In this document: piece by piece, positions 1 through 12,592 of the stretch
Numbering within the stretch: the stretch's first letter is position 1
Layout of the letters: each line of letters starts with the position of its first letter
Notes under the pieces: model-generated
Told to the model about the DNA's origin: nothing
Database searches by the model: none
What the model saw: only the letters and a program-made list of their open reading frames with translations
Translations under genes and position numbers: made by a program
Assembly (NCBI RefSeq): GCF_030144855.1
Contig: NW_026781270.1
Coordinates: 310,001 to 374,000, forward strand
DNA length: 64,000 bases
Source: Hypanus sabinus
Taxonomy: Eukaryota
Direction: 5' to 3'

Positions 1-427
1 TCGTAGGCCGCTTGTGACCCTGGCTATTTTTTTTAAAGGTCATAGCATCCATGAGCTTGAGAATAAGAGTAGAAAGGCACAATTGCTTTCCCATGAGATA
101 AGCTGAGCGGGTGAGCAGCCTTGGTGTGAGAAGCACATTGTGCCTTGTGTTTCTCATGGCTCCTGCAAGATAAGCAATTAGAGCGAGTGACTATTTACAA
201 GGGCAGCAGACTTTGGGTGGTGGGCCTGTGTCTGTCTGCATCCACACATAGTAGCAAATAAAACTGTTATACAAACAATTTATGACTGATAAAGTTAACA
301 ATACCCATCTGTAGAGAAACTAAGGGGGGTGAACCCACAGGTATCTGTGTACATGACTGCATGATATAAAGAGAACTGTATTTGCTTCAGGAGAGAGAGA
401 CCCTCGAAGCAGCCTCCAAGAGAGAGT
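1..427 (+). mobile_element. Possible ERV-type LTR fragment, truncated by the window edge
   Basis: No ORF; TATAAA near 365 followed by a purine-rich R-like stretch; homology to the paralogous ZNF intron only begins at ~428. Weak. Confidence 0.25.
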
Positions 428-2140
428 GCAACCCACATGTGGAACCAAAGCAGATGGCCGAGATCTTAAATAATTTTTCATCTCTATTTACTCAGGAGAT
501 GGACAAAGGGTCTATGGGAGTGTGGGAAAGTGGCATTAAAATCCTAGACATGTACAGTTTAAAGAAGAGAAGTTACTTTGCTGTTCAACTTCAAACATAG
601 AAGTCTACAGCATATTCCAGATTTTTCAGCCTAAAATGTGCCAACCATGTAACTTACTCTGGTAACTGCCCAGAATTTCCCCAGCGCATAGCCCTCTATT
701 TTCCTAAGCTCCATGTACCTATCTAAGAGGCTGTTAAAAGACCCTACTGTACCTGCCTCGACCACCGCTACCATCACCCACAACTCTCTGTGTATAAAAA
801 ACTTATGGCTGACATCCCCATGGTAGCTATTTCCAAGCACCTTGAAACTATGCCCCCTCAAGTTAGCCATTTCAACCCTGAGAAAAAAACCTCTGGCTAT
901 CCACACGATCAATACCCCTCATCATTTTATACACCTAAAAAAGGCTCTAAATATAAACAAGGAAATTAAACCTTGCTTTGAGGATTTGTGAGAAGTATAG
1001 AAAATTATGAGGGTATGGATCAGGTAAATGCAGACAGCTTTTTCCACTGAGGTTGGGTGGGATGATAACCAGAGGTCATGGGTAAGTGGAAGGTGACCAT
1101 TTAATGGGATAGTGTGGAAAAGCTCTTTACTGAAATGGTTGGGAGAGTGTGGAATGAGATGCCAGCGCAAGTGGTGAATATGACCTCAAATTCACGATTA
1201 AGAGAAGTTTGATAGGTACCTGGATTGTAGGGTTATGGAGGGTGATGATCCCGGAGCAGGTAGTTGTATTAGACAGCTTAAATGTTTTTTCGGCATTGAC
1301 TAGATGGGCCAAATAGACTGTTTCTGTACTGAACTTCTCCATATTTCTATGGCAGAGAAGTTGTCCAAACTTGTTTGGAAGGGAAAAGGTAGGAGGGACA
1401 ATGGAGCTGCAATGGCTAGAGTTTCTGGGAACAATTCGGGAGCCGAGTGATTGATACATCCCAAAGAAGTGGAAGTATTGGAAAGGCAGGAGGACACAAC
1501 TTTGGCTGAAATGAGAAGCCAAAGCCAACATAAAAGCCAAAGTGAGGGCAAACAAAAGAGCAAAAACTATTGGGAAGCTTTTGGAAACTAACAGATAATG
1601 AGTAAAAAAAAAGTCAGATGAGCTCAAGGCTTGGAATTATGATTTGTAGTCATTAATGAGTCTTGGTAGCACCCAACAGTCTGAGGCATTCAGAGGAACA
1701 AAATGATCCGGGCCTCAATATCTCCTGAAAAGCACAGCTCCCTGCACCAGGTACCTTTCAGCTTTTATTTCGGCAGGCACATTCAAACTCCACACGCTCA
1801 AAATTTCATTTCTGAAGGCCTCCCACTTACCATTGCCAGAAAACAGCCTGTCCCAAACCACACGTCAGATCCTTTCTGATACCATCCAAATTGACCTTTC
1901 TCCAATTTAGAATCTCAACCCGTGGTCCAGACCTATCTTTTTCCATATTTACTTTGAATCTCATGGCATTATGATCACTAATGTCTGTCACCAGCCCTGG
2001 ATCATTTCCTAACAGCTTATTGCACACTTCTGCATCGGGAATTCTACGTACTGAATAAGGGCACATTTGACAAACTCTACCCCATCTAGTCCTTTTACAT
2101 TATGGGAGTCCTAGTCAAAATATGGAAAGTTAAAATCAGT
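428..2140 (-). repeat. Segmental-duplication block (CR1 fragment mosaic), inverted paralogue of the ZNF-A intron 21156-22880 and the ZNF-B intron ~50010-54850
   Basis: The reverse complement reproduces the same order and junctions of CR1 pieces; ORF 1127..1627(-) matches 21804..22160(+); ORF 1827..2066(-) matches 21348..21554 and 50107..50346. Confidence 0.85.
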
Positions 2141-2171
2141 TATTGAATCAACCTTTGTTTCTTGGCATGGT

Positions 2172-3825
2172 CTGTGATACCCAAGGACATAGGGTGACAG
2201 AGGAAATGAAACACATTAACATTAGGAAGGAAATGGTGTTGAGAAGACTGATGGGACTGAAGGCTGACAAATCCCCAGGTCCAGATGGTCTGCATCCGAG
2301 GGTATTAAAGGAGGTGGCCCTGGAAATTGCGGATGCATTGGTAATCATTTTCCAATGTTCCTTAGATTCAGGATCAGTTCCTGAGGATTGGAGAATGGCT
2401 AATGTTATCTTTCTTTTTAAGAAAGTAGGGAGGGAGAAAACAGAGAACTATCGACCTGTCAGCCTGACATCGGTGGTGGGGAAGATGCTAGAGTCCATTA
2501 TTAAGGATGAAATAGTGGCATATCTCGATAGCAGTGATAGGATTGGGCCGAGCCAGCATGGATTTACCAAGGGTAAATCATGCTTGACTAATCTGTTGGA
2601 GTTTTTCGAGGATGTAACCAGGAAGTTAGACGGGGGAGATCTAGTGGATATAGTGTACCTCGATTTTCAGAAGGCATTTGATAAGGTCCCACATAGGAGA
2701 TTGGTGGGTAAAATCAAAGCTCATGGCATCGGGGGGAAGGCATTGACATGGATAGAAAACTGGCTGGCAGATAGAAAGTAAAGGGTAGTGGTGAATGGGT
2801 GTTTCTCGGAATGGTAGGTGGTGACTAGTGGGGTGCCACAGGGCTCGGTATTGGGACCACAGCTGTTTACAATTTATGTCAACGATTTGGATGAAGGCAT
2901 TGAAAATAACATCAGCAAATTTGCTGATGATACTAAGTTGGGTGGTATGTTGGGTGACATGTGATGAGGATGTTAGGAGAATTCAGGGTGACTTGGATAG
3001 GCTGGGTGAGTGGGCAGATACTTGGCAGATGACGTTTAATGTGAATAAGTGTAAGGTTATCCACTTTGGGAGTAAGAACAGGAAGGCAGACTATTATCTG
3101 AATGGTGTAGAGTTAGGTAAGAGATCTAGGAGTCCTTGTTCATCAGTCACTGAATGTGAATGAGCAAATGCAGCAGGCAGTGAAGAAGGCTAATGGAATA
3201 TTGGCCTTTATTACAAAGGGAATTTCAGTACAAGCGCAAGGAAATCCTCTTGCATTTGTACAGAGCCCTAGTGAGACTACACCTGGAGTATTGTGTACAG
3301 TTTTGGTCTCCAGGGTTAAGGAATGACATCCTGGCTGTCGAGAAAGTGCAGCGTAGATTCACGAGTTTAATTCCTGGGATGTCTGGACTGTCTTACGCAG
3401 AGCGGTTATAGAGACTGGGCTTTTACACGCTGGAATTAAGGAGATTGAGAGGGGATCTGATTGAAACATATAAGATCATTAAGGGATTGGACAAGATAAA
3501 GGCAGGAAATATGTTCCAGAGTCCAGTACCAGAGGGTATGGTTTGAGAATAAGGGGTTGGTCATTTTGGACAGAGTTAAGGAAAAACTAAGGAGTTAAGG
3601 AGAGTTGTGGGGGCCTGGAATGCACTGTCATGGAAGGTTGTGGAGGCCAATTCTCTGGATGCTTTCAAGAAGGAGCTAGATAAGTATCTTATGGATAGGG
3701 GAATCAAGGGATATGGGGACAAGGCAGGGACCGGGTATTGATAGTAGTTGATCAGCCATGATCTCAGAATGGTGGTGCAGGCTCGAGGGGTCGAATGGTC
3801 TACTTCTGCACCTATTGTCTATTGT
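2172..3825 (+). mobile_element. CR1 LINE, 5'-truncated ORF2 (RT) plus 3' UTR
   Basis: KSPGPDGLHPRVLKE, YRPVSLTS, QHGF, YLDFQKAFDKVPH, FADD motifs with a few stops/frameshifts; TATTGTCTATTGT tail. Confidence 0.95.
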
Positions 3826-3829
3826 GATC

Positions 3830-5240
3830 TCCCGACAAATCTGTTCCTCCAAACACCACAGATTGTTGGGTGGAAACAAGTCCTAGTAATTGATTCAATA
3901 TCATAATTCCCTGTCCTGAGCTTATCTGGCTTTCCTACGATGCTTCTTGCATTGTGATATACACAGCTCAGCACATTCATCGCACCACGCTCAGCCATTT
4001 GATTGCTGACTCTGTCTGAGGTCTGAACAACATCTGACTGGTGTCAGAAAACAAACTCTCCCTCATTATCACAAAAACAAAGGAGCTGATTGTAGACGAC
4101 AGGAGGAATGGAGACAGACTAACCTACATTGACACCAATGGATCTGGGGTTCAGAGGGTGAACAGCTTTAAGTTCTTTGGTATAAAAATCACCAAGATTT
4201 CACTTTGTCTGCACATTCTGGCTATGTTGTGAGAAAAGCAAAACAGCACCTCTTTCACTTCAGACGGCTGAAGAAGTTTGCGATGGGGCCCCAAATCCTA
4301 ATAACTTTCTGCAGGGACACAATTGAAAGCATCCTGACCAGCTGCATCACTGCCTGTTATGGGAACTGTACTTCCTTTAATCGCAGGAACCTACAGAGAG
4401 TGGTGTGGACAGCCCGGCATATCTGCAGATGTGAACTTCCCACTATTCAGGACATTTACAAAGCCAGCTGTGTAAAAGGGGCCCAAAGGATTTTGGGGAC
4501 CCAATTCACCACAAACACCAACTGTTGCTACCTGCTGCTACCATCCAGGAAACAGTACCAAAGCAAAAGGAGCAACAGGCAACATCATCTTCCACCAGGT
4601 CATCAGACTGATTAATTCATGCTGATACAATTGCACTTTCATGTTGTATTGACAGTCCTATTTATTATTAATTACTATAAATTACACATTGCACATTTAG
4701 ATGGAGATGCAATATAAAGGTTCCTACTGTTCATGTATATGAAGGATGCGCATAATAAAGTCAATTCAATTCAATCTCTCCACTATCTGTTCTGTCATTC
4801 TGCCTCCTATTCCCCTTACAATTTACATCACCCTCCCCCACACTAGCTCTAGCAAGCCTCACTGCTAGAATATTAGACCCCTTCCTGTTCTGCACCCCTA
4901 ACTCACCAATCCCCTCTCACCCCTTTGACTTTCCTCTGCCAGGCAACTCCCCTCAACAGTTTCTAAAGTGGTCCCCCTGTGGTTATGGGGGATGGCCGCA
5001 AGAGTACTCTGCGATGGCTATTTAACCTCATTTCCTTTCCTGACTCTTACCCAATTTCCTGTGTCCTGCACCTTGTGTGTAACTCACCTTTCTTCATGTA
5101 ATATCTATCACGCCCTCCAACTGCTGGATGATCCAGAATTCATCCATTTCAAGTTCCAACACCTTCAAGTGCAGGGTTACAAGCTGCAGCTGGATGCACA
5201 TCTTGTAGGTGAGGGCCTCAAGGACACTGGAGGTCTCCTC
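3830..5240 (-). mobile_element. Old CR1 ORF1/endonuclease fragment, interrupted by Rex1
   Basis: Similar to CR1-derived segments at 23270-23500 and 55250-55570. Confidence 0.55.
4037..4775 (+). mobile_element. Rex1/Babar LINE 3' fragment
   Basis: KTKELIVD, RRLKKF..IESILT..I..YGN (DUF1891-type) C-terminus; AATAAA followed by (CAATT)n tail. Confidence 0.85.
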
Positions 5241-5464
5241 ACCTACCCACCAATGTCCCCCCTAATTTGTAATGACCAGTGTGCACATAAATCTTGTACT
5301 GTGCATTTTTAGCCAGTGACAAGATGTGCACAGTGAATTTTATATGGAGAGGCATTCATTTTAATAGCTAGCAAATCACTGTCGATAGGAACTTTGATCT
5401 CCTCTGGGTTCAATCGAGTTCATCTGCACTCTCACGCAACTGGTTTAACAGGCCTGGAACAGGT

Positions 5465-6372
5465 TGTTACGAAGGATGAACAGCTCTGATGGGCAGAAGG
5501 GTGCAGGGTTGCCCATGTCCCCCTCCCCTGGGAGAATTACAAACCGTTACTGTTGCCAGCCTGTTAATGAGAGAGAAAGAGATGGAGCAAAACATATTGG
5601 AATGGAACATTTGCTTCAGGCAGGGGCTAGATAACACCGGGGGAGAGAGACCATATTATGACTCCTGTAAGACTCACGGCTCCGGAGAGGGCTGTTTACT
5701 TGGTACTATTCTGTTCATTAAAATTCCTCAGTGGACAGCCCGAGTGGGCTGGTTTGATGGGCTCAGCCATTCAAAACTGATTGACACCTGAGAGCCTGTG
5801 AGTAGGGATAAAAGTGAGGTCTGGGGATACACCTCTCAGACGCACCAAGAGACACACTAGTGAGCACTGTTTAAGTGTTGGAACCCACGAGAAAAGTTGG
5901 TGACATCAGAGACCGAATGAAGAATTTTAACTCACAGTGTTTATAGCGAGGCCGGTGGGGGCTTGTGGGTGTGTCCACCCTTGCCTGGGTGACGAGTCCA
6001 CCATAGAAGAACGGTCTAGCTAAAGGTGATAGGGGTCATACCTGAATGGCCACAACAACACATCAATAGATCAAGATCGTAAAGGAAGGTTTGCAAGACA
6101 ATTACAACACATCAACCAACAACTACCTCAGCCTGTATGAACTGAACTTTATACTCACATATGACAATTCATTATCCCCTAGACAACGATAGCTTGTTTA
6201 TTATTGATTATTATTATACCCACACTTTTAAGTTTAGTATTGCTAACGTGTATTATCTGTATATTTGCATTGTTGATATTGATTTGTATATTTTACTAAT
6301 AAACACTGTTTTGAAAATAAACGGATACTTCTATTTTTGCTGGTAAGACACCCAGTTACGGGGTACGTAACA
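5465..6372 (+). mobile_element. Solo LTR, Gmr1-type Gypsy
   Basis: TGTTACG...CGTAACA termini, 4-bp target-site duplication (TSD) AGGT/GGGT, AATAAA and TTGCTGGT 3' motif shared with the LTR at 27635. Confidence 0.85.
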
Positions 6373-6795
6373 GGGTAATGAAGGATTTTCTCACCAGAGC
6401 TTTTGCACTTTGTTCATATGTGGTTTGCTTGCTAAATTACACTTTAAAAAGTCAGATTTCCAAATATCACTCCACTTCTGCCCACTTGCAAATTCTCCAG
6501 CAACTTTTGCATCACCACAATCCACACAGGTAACAACAGTTTCTATATTGGACATAAATATTTCCCCTGAACCCACCCCCAAATGACTGACAGTGGTGAA
6601 CTCAGTGATGGCAATGCCAATGAATATGAAGGGAAGGGCAGTAGTCTGTCTCATTGTAGTCTGGCACATCTGTGATGTGAATGCTACTTGTTGCCAGGGC
6701 AAAGGTGTTTGATATCATTATGTACCCAGACAGAATGAGATAAAACATGTTCTCACTGGTAGAAAAGTCCAGAGCAAGAGGAGTTAGAACAAGCA

Positions 6796-6926
6796 ACACA
6801 CACAAAAGGCAGGAGGAACTCAGCAAGCCAGGCAGAATCTATGGAAAAAAGTGCTAATGTTGAATTCCGCCGGCATTTTGTGTGCGTTGCTTACATTTCC
6901 AGCATCTGCAGATTTCCTCTTGCTTG
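6796..6926. mobile_element. Penelope-derived inverted short repeat
   Basis: CACAAAAGGCAGGAGGAACTCAGC ... GCATTTTGTGTG..TTTCCAGCATCTGCAGATTTC, same family as 46500-46905. Confidence 0.6.
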
Positions 6927-7099
6927 CGACTGGAGGTAGACCAAAGGTGATTTTCTCAACTGGTGATGTAAAAGATTTTGTGCCCTTTCTCTGAGTTCCC
7001 AAGCTGGAGCTCAGCTCTGTCTGAGAACCATCGGTTCCCATTCCCTGGGGCCCGTGTACGGATCGGGGGCTGAGAGAGAGGGAAGAGAGCAGGACTCTC

Positions 7100-7300
7100 C
7101 TGGGGTTGCGGGTCACAGGAATTGCCCCGAAATCGGTGTTTAAGGTAAAGAGACAGAAAATCGCTCTTACCTGCACACGATATTTCAAAGGCCTTCTGAG
7201 TACTGTGCGCATGCGTCATACTCAGAGACGCCACAACCCTGACGCCTGCGCATTTCATCTGTGCTTCAATGCCGGCCAAAAACTATAACGCAGGGGCTTA
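7100..7300 (-). promoter_or_regulatory. CpG-rich promoter and first exon of a leftward unit (unit C)
   Basis: NRF1-like TGCGCATGCGT at 7206-7216; strong minus-strand donor CAG|GTAAGA at 7171/7170. Confidence 0.5.
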
Positions 7301-7836
7301 TGGGTAGTCACGGTGCCATTAAACATTTCTGCAAGCACTGGTTTAATGTCCGTACCTCATTTTTTTTCGTGTGTATAGAAAAATCTGCAGCTGTTTTAAC
7401 GCAGAAAGCGGCTCCGATAAACAATATACTCAGTATCAACGTGTATCTCATGCCAAAGTAAAATGCAGATCTGAAACGCAGGAGATTCTGCATTTTGGAA
7501 ATACAGAGACGCACACACACAAAATGCAGAAGGAACTCCGCCTAAACGTTGTCTATTTATTCCTCTCCACATTTATTGCCTGATCTGTTAATTTCCACTA
7601 CTATTTTCCAGAAATTAACCACCTTTTTTTTTTCGGGCAACCTGTTTCCAAATGTTTCCGATCTTTCTTTTGTAGCCACAGCCTGCTGGTTTGATTCCAC
7701 CTCCTCCTCGTGAACTCCAGGCCCCATCTCTCTCTGGAGCCCCAAAGCCCTGACTAAGGCTGGCAACTCTTTGGTTTCCGACTGCACCATGGAAGATTCA
7801 CTAGCTAGTCAACTATCAGACTTTAGAGATGCATTG

Positions 7837-7931
7837 TGTTGCGAGACCGCAGGTTCGTTTACTGTGAGTGTCGCTTTAAATGTCTGAGTGAGGCGGGACT
7901 GTGACGTCAGACACAAGCTGCGGCAGAGAGA

Positions 7932-8013
<82 letters not shown>

Positions 8014-8621
8014 GCTGTTGGAACTTCAGCTTGTCACTGCTATGGGTTGAAATGCCCAGAAAATCGGGTTCATGATCGGCACGCCGTGCACAACGGATGT
8101 GTGACTGTCACTTCGTATAATCCATATTTGTGAATTTGCTGGAGTATACTGTGGTATCACTTTTGTTGGCCCTTACCTGGTATCGGGGTGTTCTACGGTA
8201 ACCACTTGAAGACGGTATTCCTGTCACTGTCACCTGGTGATAGTTCGAAGTGGATTTCGGAACGAATCAACGGATAAGATCTTTGGCGACTGATATTTCG
8301 TTTACCCAGCGTGGAATGTGTGTGGAATTCTTCGTAATTGCCCTCTCTCTACATGTTCGGGTGGATTTATAAATCTCTCCCCTCTCTCACGTATTCCGTG
8401 GATTACTGAACTTTTCTACCTTACCATTTTAGGACTTTAAGCATTGTTTCCCAAGCTTGATAGTTTGGAAGCTCTACGTACGTACATATATATACGATAA
8501 CGCTGTTAACTTCTGTTTATTTCGTTTAATCTTTTATATTTGGAGTAGATACTGATAAAGATAGTGGATTTAACATCGAAACAAGACTCCATTAGTGACC
8601 TATTGCTGCTGGTACGTAACA
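7837..8621 (+). mobile_element. Solo LTR, Gmr1-type Gypsy, with internal (GA)n
   Basis: TGTTGCG...CGTAACA termini, perfect ATTG TSD (7833-7836 / 8622-8625), GC box plus TGACGTCA. Confidence 0.9.
7925..8010. repeat. (GA)n microsatellite
   Basis: About 43 GA units with one interruption. Confidence 0.95.
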
Positions 8622-8769
8622 ATTGCAACAACCCAGCTGTCTGAGGCACAGTCCTTTAAAATTGGTGAAAATGACCCAAAACGTTGAAAAGAGCGGGGAA
8701 GAAGGAGTTTAACCAACTTCGTCCGGAGCCCTGAAGAACGTCAAAACCACATTGAGCTCATCGTCTTGT

Positions 8770-9150
8770 TCAGCCCGGAGAAAATCATGCAGGAGATTCA
8801 TGCAGGTGTATGAGATGATGAGAGGCATTGGTCGTGTGGATAGCCAGAGGCTTTTTCCCAGGGCTGAAACGGCTAACACGAGGGGGAATAGGTTTAAGCT
8901 GCTTGGAAGTACCTGCAGAGGAGATGCCAGAGCTAAGTTTTTTAAAACAAAGTGTGGTGCCTGTGTGGAATGCACTGCCAGCGCCGGTGGTAGAGGCGGA
9001 TACAATAGGGTATTTTAAGAGACTCTTAGAGAGGTAAATGGAACTCAGGAAAATAGCTGTCTATGCGGTAGGGAAATTCTAGACAGTTACCAGAGTAATT
9101 TACATGGTCGGCACAGCTGTAATATGCTGTAGACTTCTATGATTCTATGA
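8770..9150 (+). mobile_element. CR1 3' end
   Basis: VYEMMRGIGRVDSQRLFPRAE..TRG; TTCTATGA tail. Confidence 0.85.
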
Positions 9151-9359
9151 AATTCAACGGAAATCTCCTATCCCACTGTGTGGTGACTAGTTGAAACCTA
9201 TCATCTCAGGGAGAGTGATAGGGGAATGGCACGGATAGGTTTTGATGTACTGATATGGAACAGAAACATGGGCAGGGGTAAGATAGGCCGAGTGGCTTTT
9301 CTAGCGTACATTGTGAGTGTGGTAAAGTCAGTAACTACCTGAGACAGTGGAGTGAATAC

Positions 9360-10153
9360 AGAACTGATTTATCTTTCACGGATCCACAATATTAAACACC
9401 AGTCTAGTTCAAGGCTAACATCAGCAGAACAGAAACCTCCAATGCTCAGTGACCAGGGTTCAATCCTGGGTGCGATGAGCAGTCGCAGGAACTGCAGAAT
9501 CTGACAGTAACAGTCCCTCATGAACCTGCAGCTGCCTTCTGTCACCGTGATGGTTAAACATTTAACACGGAGCTGATTTGAACTTCCTCCCTGATGTGAA
9601 GTTGTTGGCGTTGCAGCAGCCGGGATGATTGAGTAAAACTCTTTGCTCACTCCGGACAGAAATGTGGCTTCTATTTATTGTGAACTCACCGGAGCATGAC
9701 AAGGTGGGTTAACTGAATGAGTCTCTTCACACACACGGAGCAGGTGAACGGCCGCTTCCCAGTGCGAAGCTGCTGGTGTATCTGCGATGGCCGACTGAAT
9801 CCCTTCCAAAATGAGAGCCAGTGAATGACATCAACAGGTACAAACAAGCTGGATGAACTCAGCAGGTCGGGCAGCATCCGTTGAAACGAGCAGTCAACGT
9901 TCGGGCCGAGACCTTTCGTCAGTGAATGACGTCACACTGCTATCAAGTCATGGCAATGTATCAAATCAGATCACGGACATGGACACGTGTTCGGGCTCTC
10001 CTTGCAGCGAGTGGGGCGCTGTCTTCCCCAACATCTCTGCCTCCACATTCAAGGATCGGTGGCATTCAAGTACTGGCGAACTGACAGATACAGCGGAACT
10101 AACGTGCTGTTGTGTTTGAGATTCCCATACACAAATCCTTTGACTTCTCTACA
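9360..10153 (-). pseudogene. Decayed C2H2 ZNF terminal exon (unit D)
   Basis: Residual finger [18 protein letters not shown]; acceptor TTTTAACAG at 10154-10162(-) and exon start homologous to 57897 and 25721; 9360-9480 homologous to the ZNF-B 3' UTR 59430-59555. Confidence 0.8.
9834..9919 (-). mobile_element. Penelope-derived fragment with decayed hammerhead core
   Basis: Minus strand CTGACGA-A-AGG-TCTCGG-CCC-GAA-CGTTGAC; flanked by a 15-bp duplication CAGTGAATGAC(A/G)TCA. Confidence 0.7.
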
Positions 10154-10414
10154 CTGTTAAAACGTTACAAAGCACGTCAGTGGGTGAAGGACATTTCAAC
10201 TCAGATAATTTTAGTCTCCATGGTGTCTTCTGATAAAAAAAAAACTCTGTCACAGCTCAGAACAATTTGGAGAAACAAGATTTCATCTTCTTACTGGCTA
10301 CAGTTCCGGCATCAGGAACAATATCAAACTCTCCGCTTCCCTCTGTATCAAAATGGATCATTCCTCCCCTTCATCAATCTGTGACTTTGCTCAGCTTGTC
10401 TATCTCCTTCACAT

Positions 10415-10813
10415 TCTTAGAAGGATGAGAAGGGATCTGATTGGTACAGATAAAATTATTTACGGATTGGACACACTGGAGGCAGGAAACATGTTCCCAA
10501 TGTTGGGGGAGTCCGGAACCAAAGGCCACAGTTTAACAATAAGGGGTAGGCCATTTAGAACGGAGTTCAGGAAATTTTCACCCACAGGGATGAGGATCTA
10601 TGGAATACTCTGCTGCAGAGGGCAGTGAAGGCCAATTCCCTGGATGTCTTCAAGAAAGAGTTAAGTAGAGCTTTTAAAGATAGCGGAGTCAAGGGATACG
10701 GGGATAAGGTATGAACGGGGTACTGATTGTGGATGATCAGCCATGGTCACATTGACTGGCGGTGCAGGCTCGAAGGGCCGAATGGCCTACTCCGGCACCT
10801 ATTGTGTATTGTC
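10415..10813 (+). mobile_element. CR1 3' end
   Basis: RRMRRDLIGTDKIIYGLDTLEAGNMFP; TATTGTGTATTGT tail. Confidence 0.85.
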
Positions 10814-10919
10814 ATGCACCACACACCTACTGATATCACATTTTATTTATACGGCTGCGACTAGGGACTTTCTGATTATTATGTCCCCCCGGCATCTGTC
10901 GGTGGTAAACTGATCACCG

Positions 10920-11840
10920 GTCACCTGATCCCAGTTACCGCAGATCGTAACGCGAGATTGAAGCCTTTTCTATTTATTTGCATTCCTCAGAAATGACAAC
11001 AGTTCAGTTAAGTTTCCTCCTGAGGTTCCAAAGCAGACGCTCAGTCTGTCTAATATTTCCACACAGTTAAAATGGGGAATTCGTTTTTTTCTTATCACGT
11101 ACCGAGCTACTGTGAAAATCTTGCCTGCCGTACCATCCACACAGATCAATATATTACGACAGTACATTGAGCTGATATACGACAAAACAATAACTGTAAC
11201 AAAGCATTATGGCTGCAGAGAAAGTGCAGTGTAGATAGACAGCTGGTGCAGGGTCACGTCGAGTTACATTGTGAGGTTAAGTCCATTTTATCGGACTGAA
11301 GACCATTCATTTGGATTATAACCACAGACAGGAAGCCGACATTGAGCCTGGTGGTACACGCTTTAAGGCTTTTGTGTCTCTTCCCCGATGGGGGAGCGGG
11401 TTTGCAGCAAGAATGTCCAGGTTGTGAGGATCATTGAGTACATGGCCTGCTTTTCCGAGGCTGGGGAAGTGTAGGAAGAGTCCATTGAGGGGAGGCTTGT
11501 TTCTCTGATGTTCTCGGCTCTCCAAAGTTCTCTGCAGTTCCTTGCGGTCATGGGCAGAGCAGTAGCCATACGAAGGCGTGACGTATCGACAAGAAGCTCA
11601 GAGACCTCGGCCTTCACCCTGTCTTGTGCAGCTGGATCCTGGACTTCCTGTCAGATCGCGAGAATGGGCTCCCTCACCTCTGTCTCTCTGACCCTCAGCA
11701 CACATACCCCACAGGGGTGTCTCCTTGCCCCCTCCTTTACTCTCTGTATATCCATGACTTGTGTCGCCACCCACAGCTCCAATCAGTTTATTAAATATGT
11801 GAGGACACTGCACTGACTGGCCTAATCTCAAATAATAACG
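10920..11840 (+). repeat. Block of unique sequence plus two Rex1-type fragments, present in inverted form at 39770-40630
   Basis: ORF 11363..11617(-) MATALPMTARNCRELWRAENIRETSL matches 40017..40223(+); shared junctions. Confidence 0.85.
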
Positions 11841-12239
11841 AGACAGCCCACAGAGAAGAAGTCATCACCCCGACACAGTGGTGTCAAGATAACAATCTCT
11901 CCCTCATTGTGACAAAAACAAAGGAGCTGGTGGTGGATTACAGGAGGAATGGAAACAGGGACCAAATTCAACATTTCCAAGTCCGTTATTGCACATTTTA
12001 ATATTGAATATGACAGAACGTATTGTATTTAAAATACGCATAATGACATATTTATAGATAATAGATTGTTACTGACAGAGAATCGTATCATTGTTTGTTC
12101 CGTGTGTTATCTGAATGTACTTGCCTGTGATGCTGCCACAAGTCAGTGATTCTCTGCCTGTACCTTCCCGTACTTGTGCACTTGGCAATAAATTCAACAG
12201 GACCTGAGAAATCTCAGTGAGATTTGATTAGTGATGATA

Positions 12240-12559
12240 ATCTCGGAAGCTCGGTAGGTGGAATGTATGAGACAATGAGTACACTGTTAAATGCAAAATC
12301 CTGAACTCTGTTGATGATCAGAGGGATCTCAGACTCCAAGTTCAACGCTCCCTGAAAGAGACTGCACAGATTGATCGGGTGGTTCAGAAGGCAAATGGCG
12401 TGGTTGCCATTAGTTGAAGCATTGAGTTCAAAAGTCGGGAAGTTGTGTTGCAGCCGTTACGAGCCTGCGGTCGTAACTGTTTCTTTAAGAGCGCCAGCGT
12501 GAGGGGGCGGGACTATGTCGTCAGTCACAGGCTGACGGCGCTGACTGTGGATTAACCAT

Positions 12560-12592
<33 letters not shown>

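Noticed and set aside
7888-8133. Arg-Glu repeat protein ORF
   Set aside because: Translation of a (GA)n microsatellite inside an LTR.
10985-11025. C/D snoRNA (CCTCAG...CTGAGG stem)
   Set aside because: No proper RTGATGA box C, too short, and the stem is not kept in the 40530-40565 paralogue.
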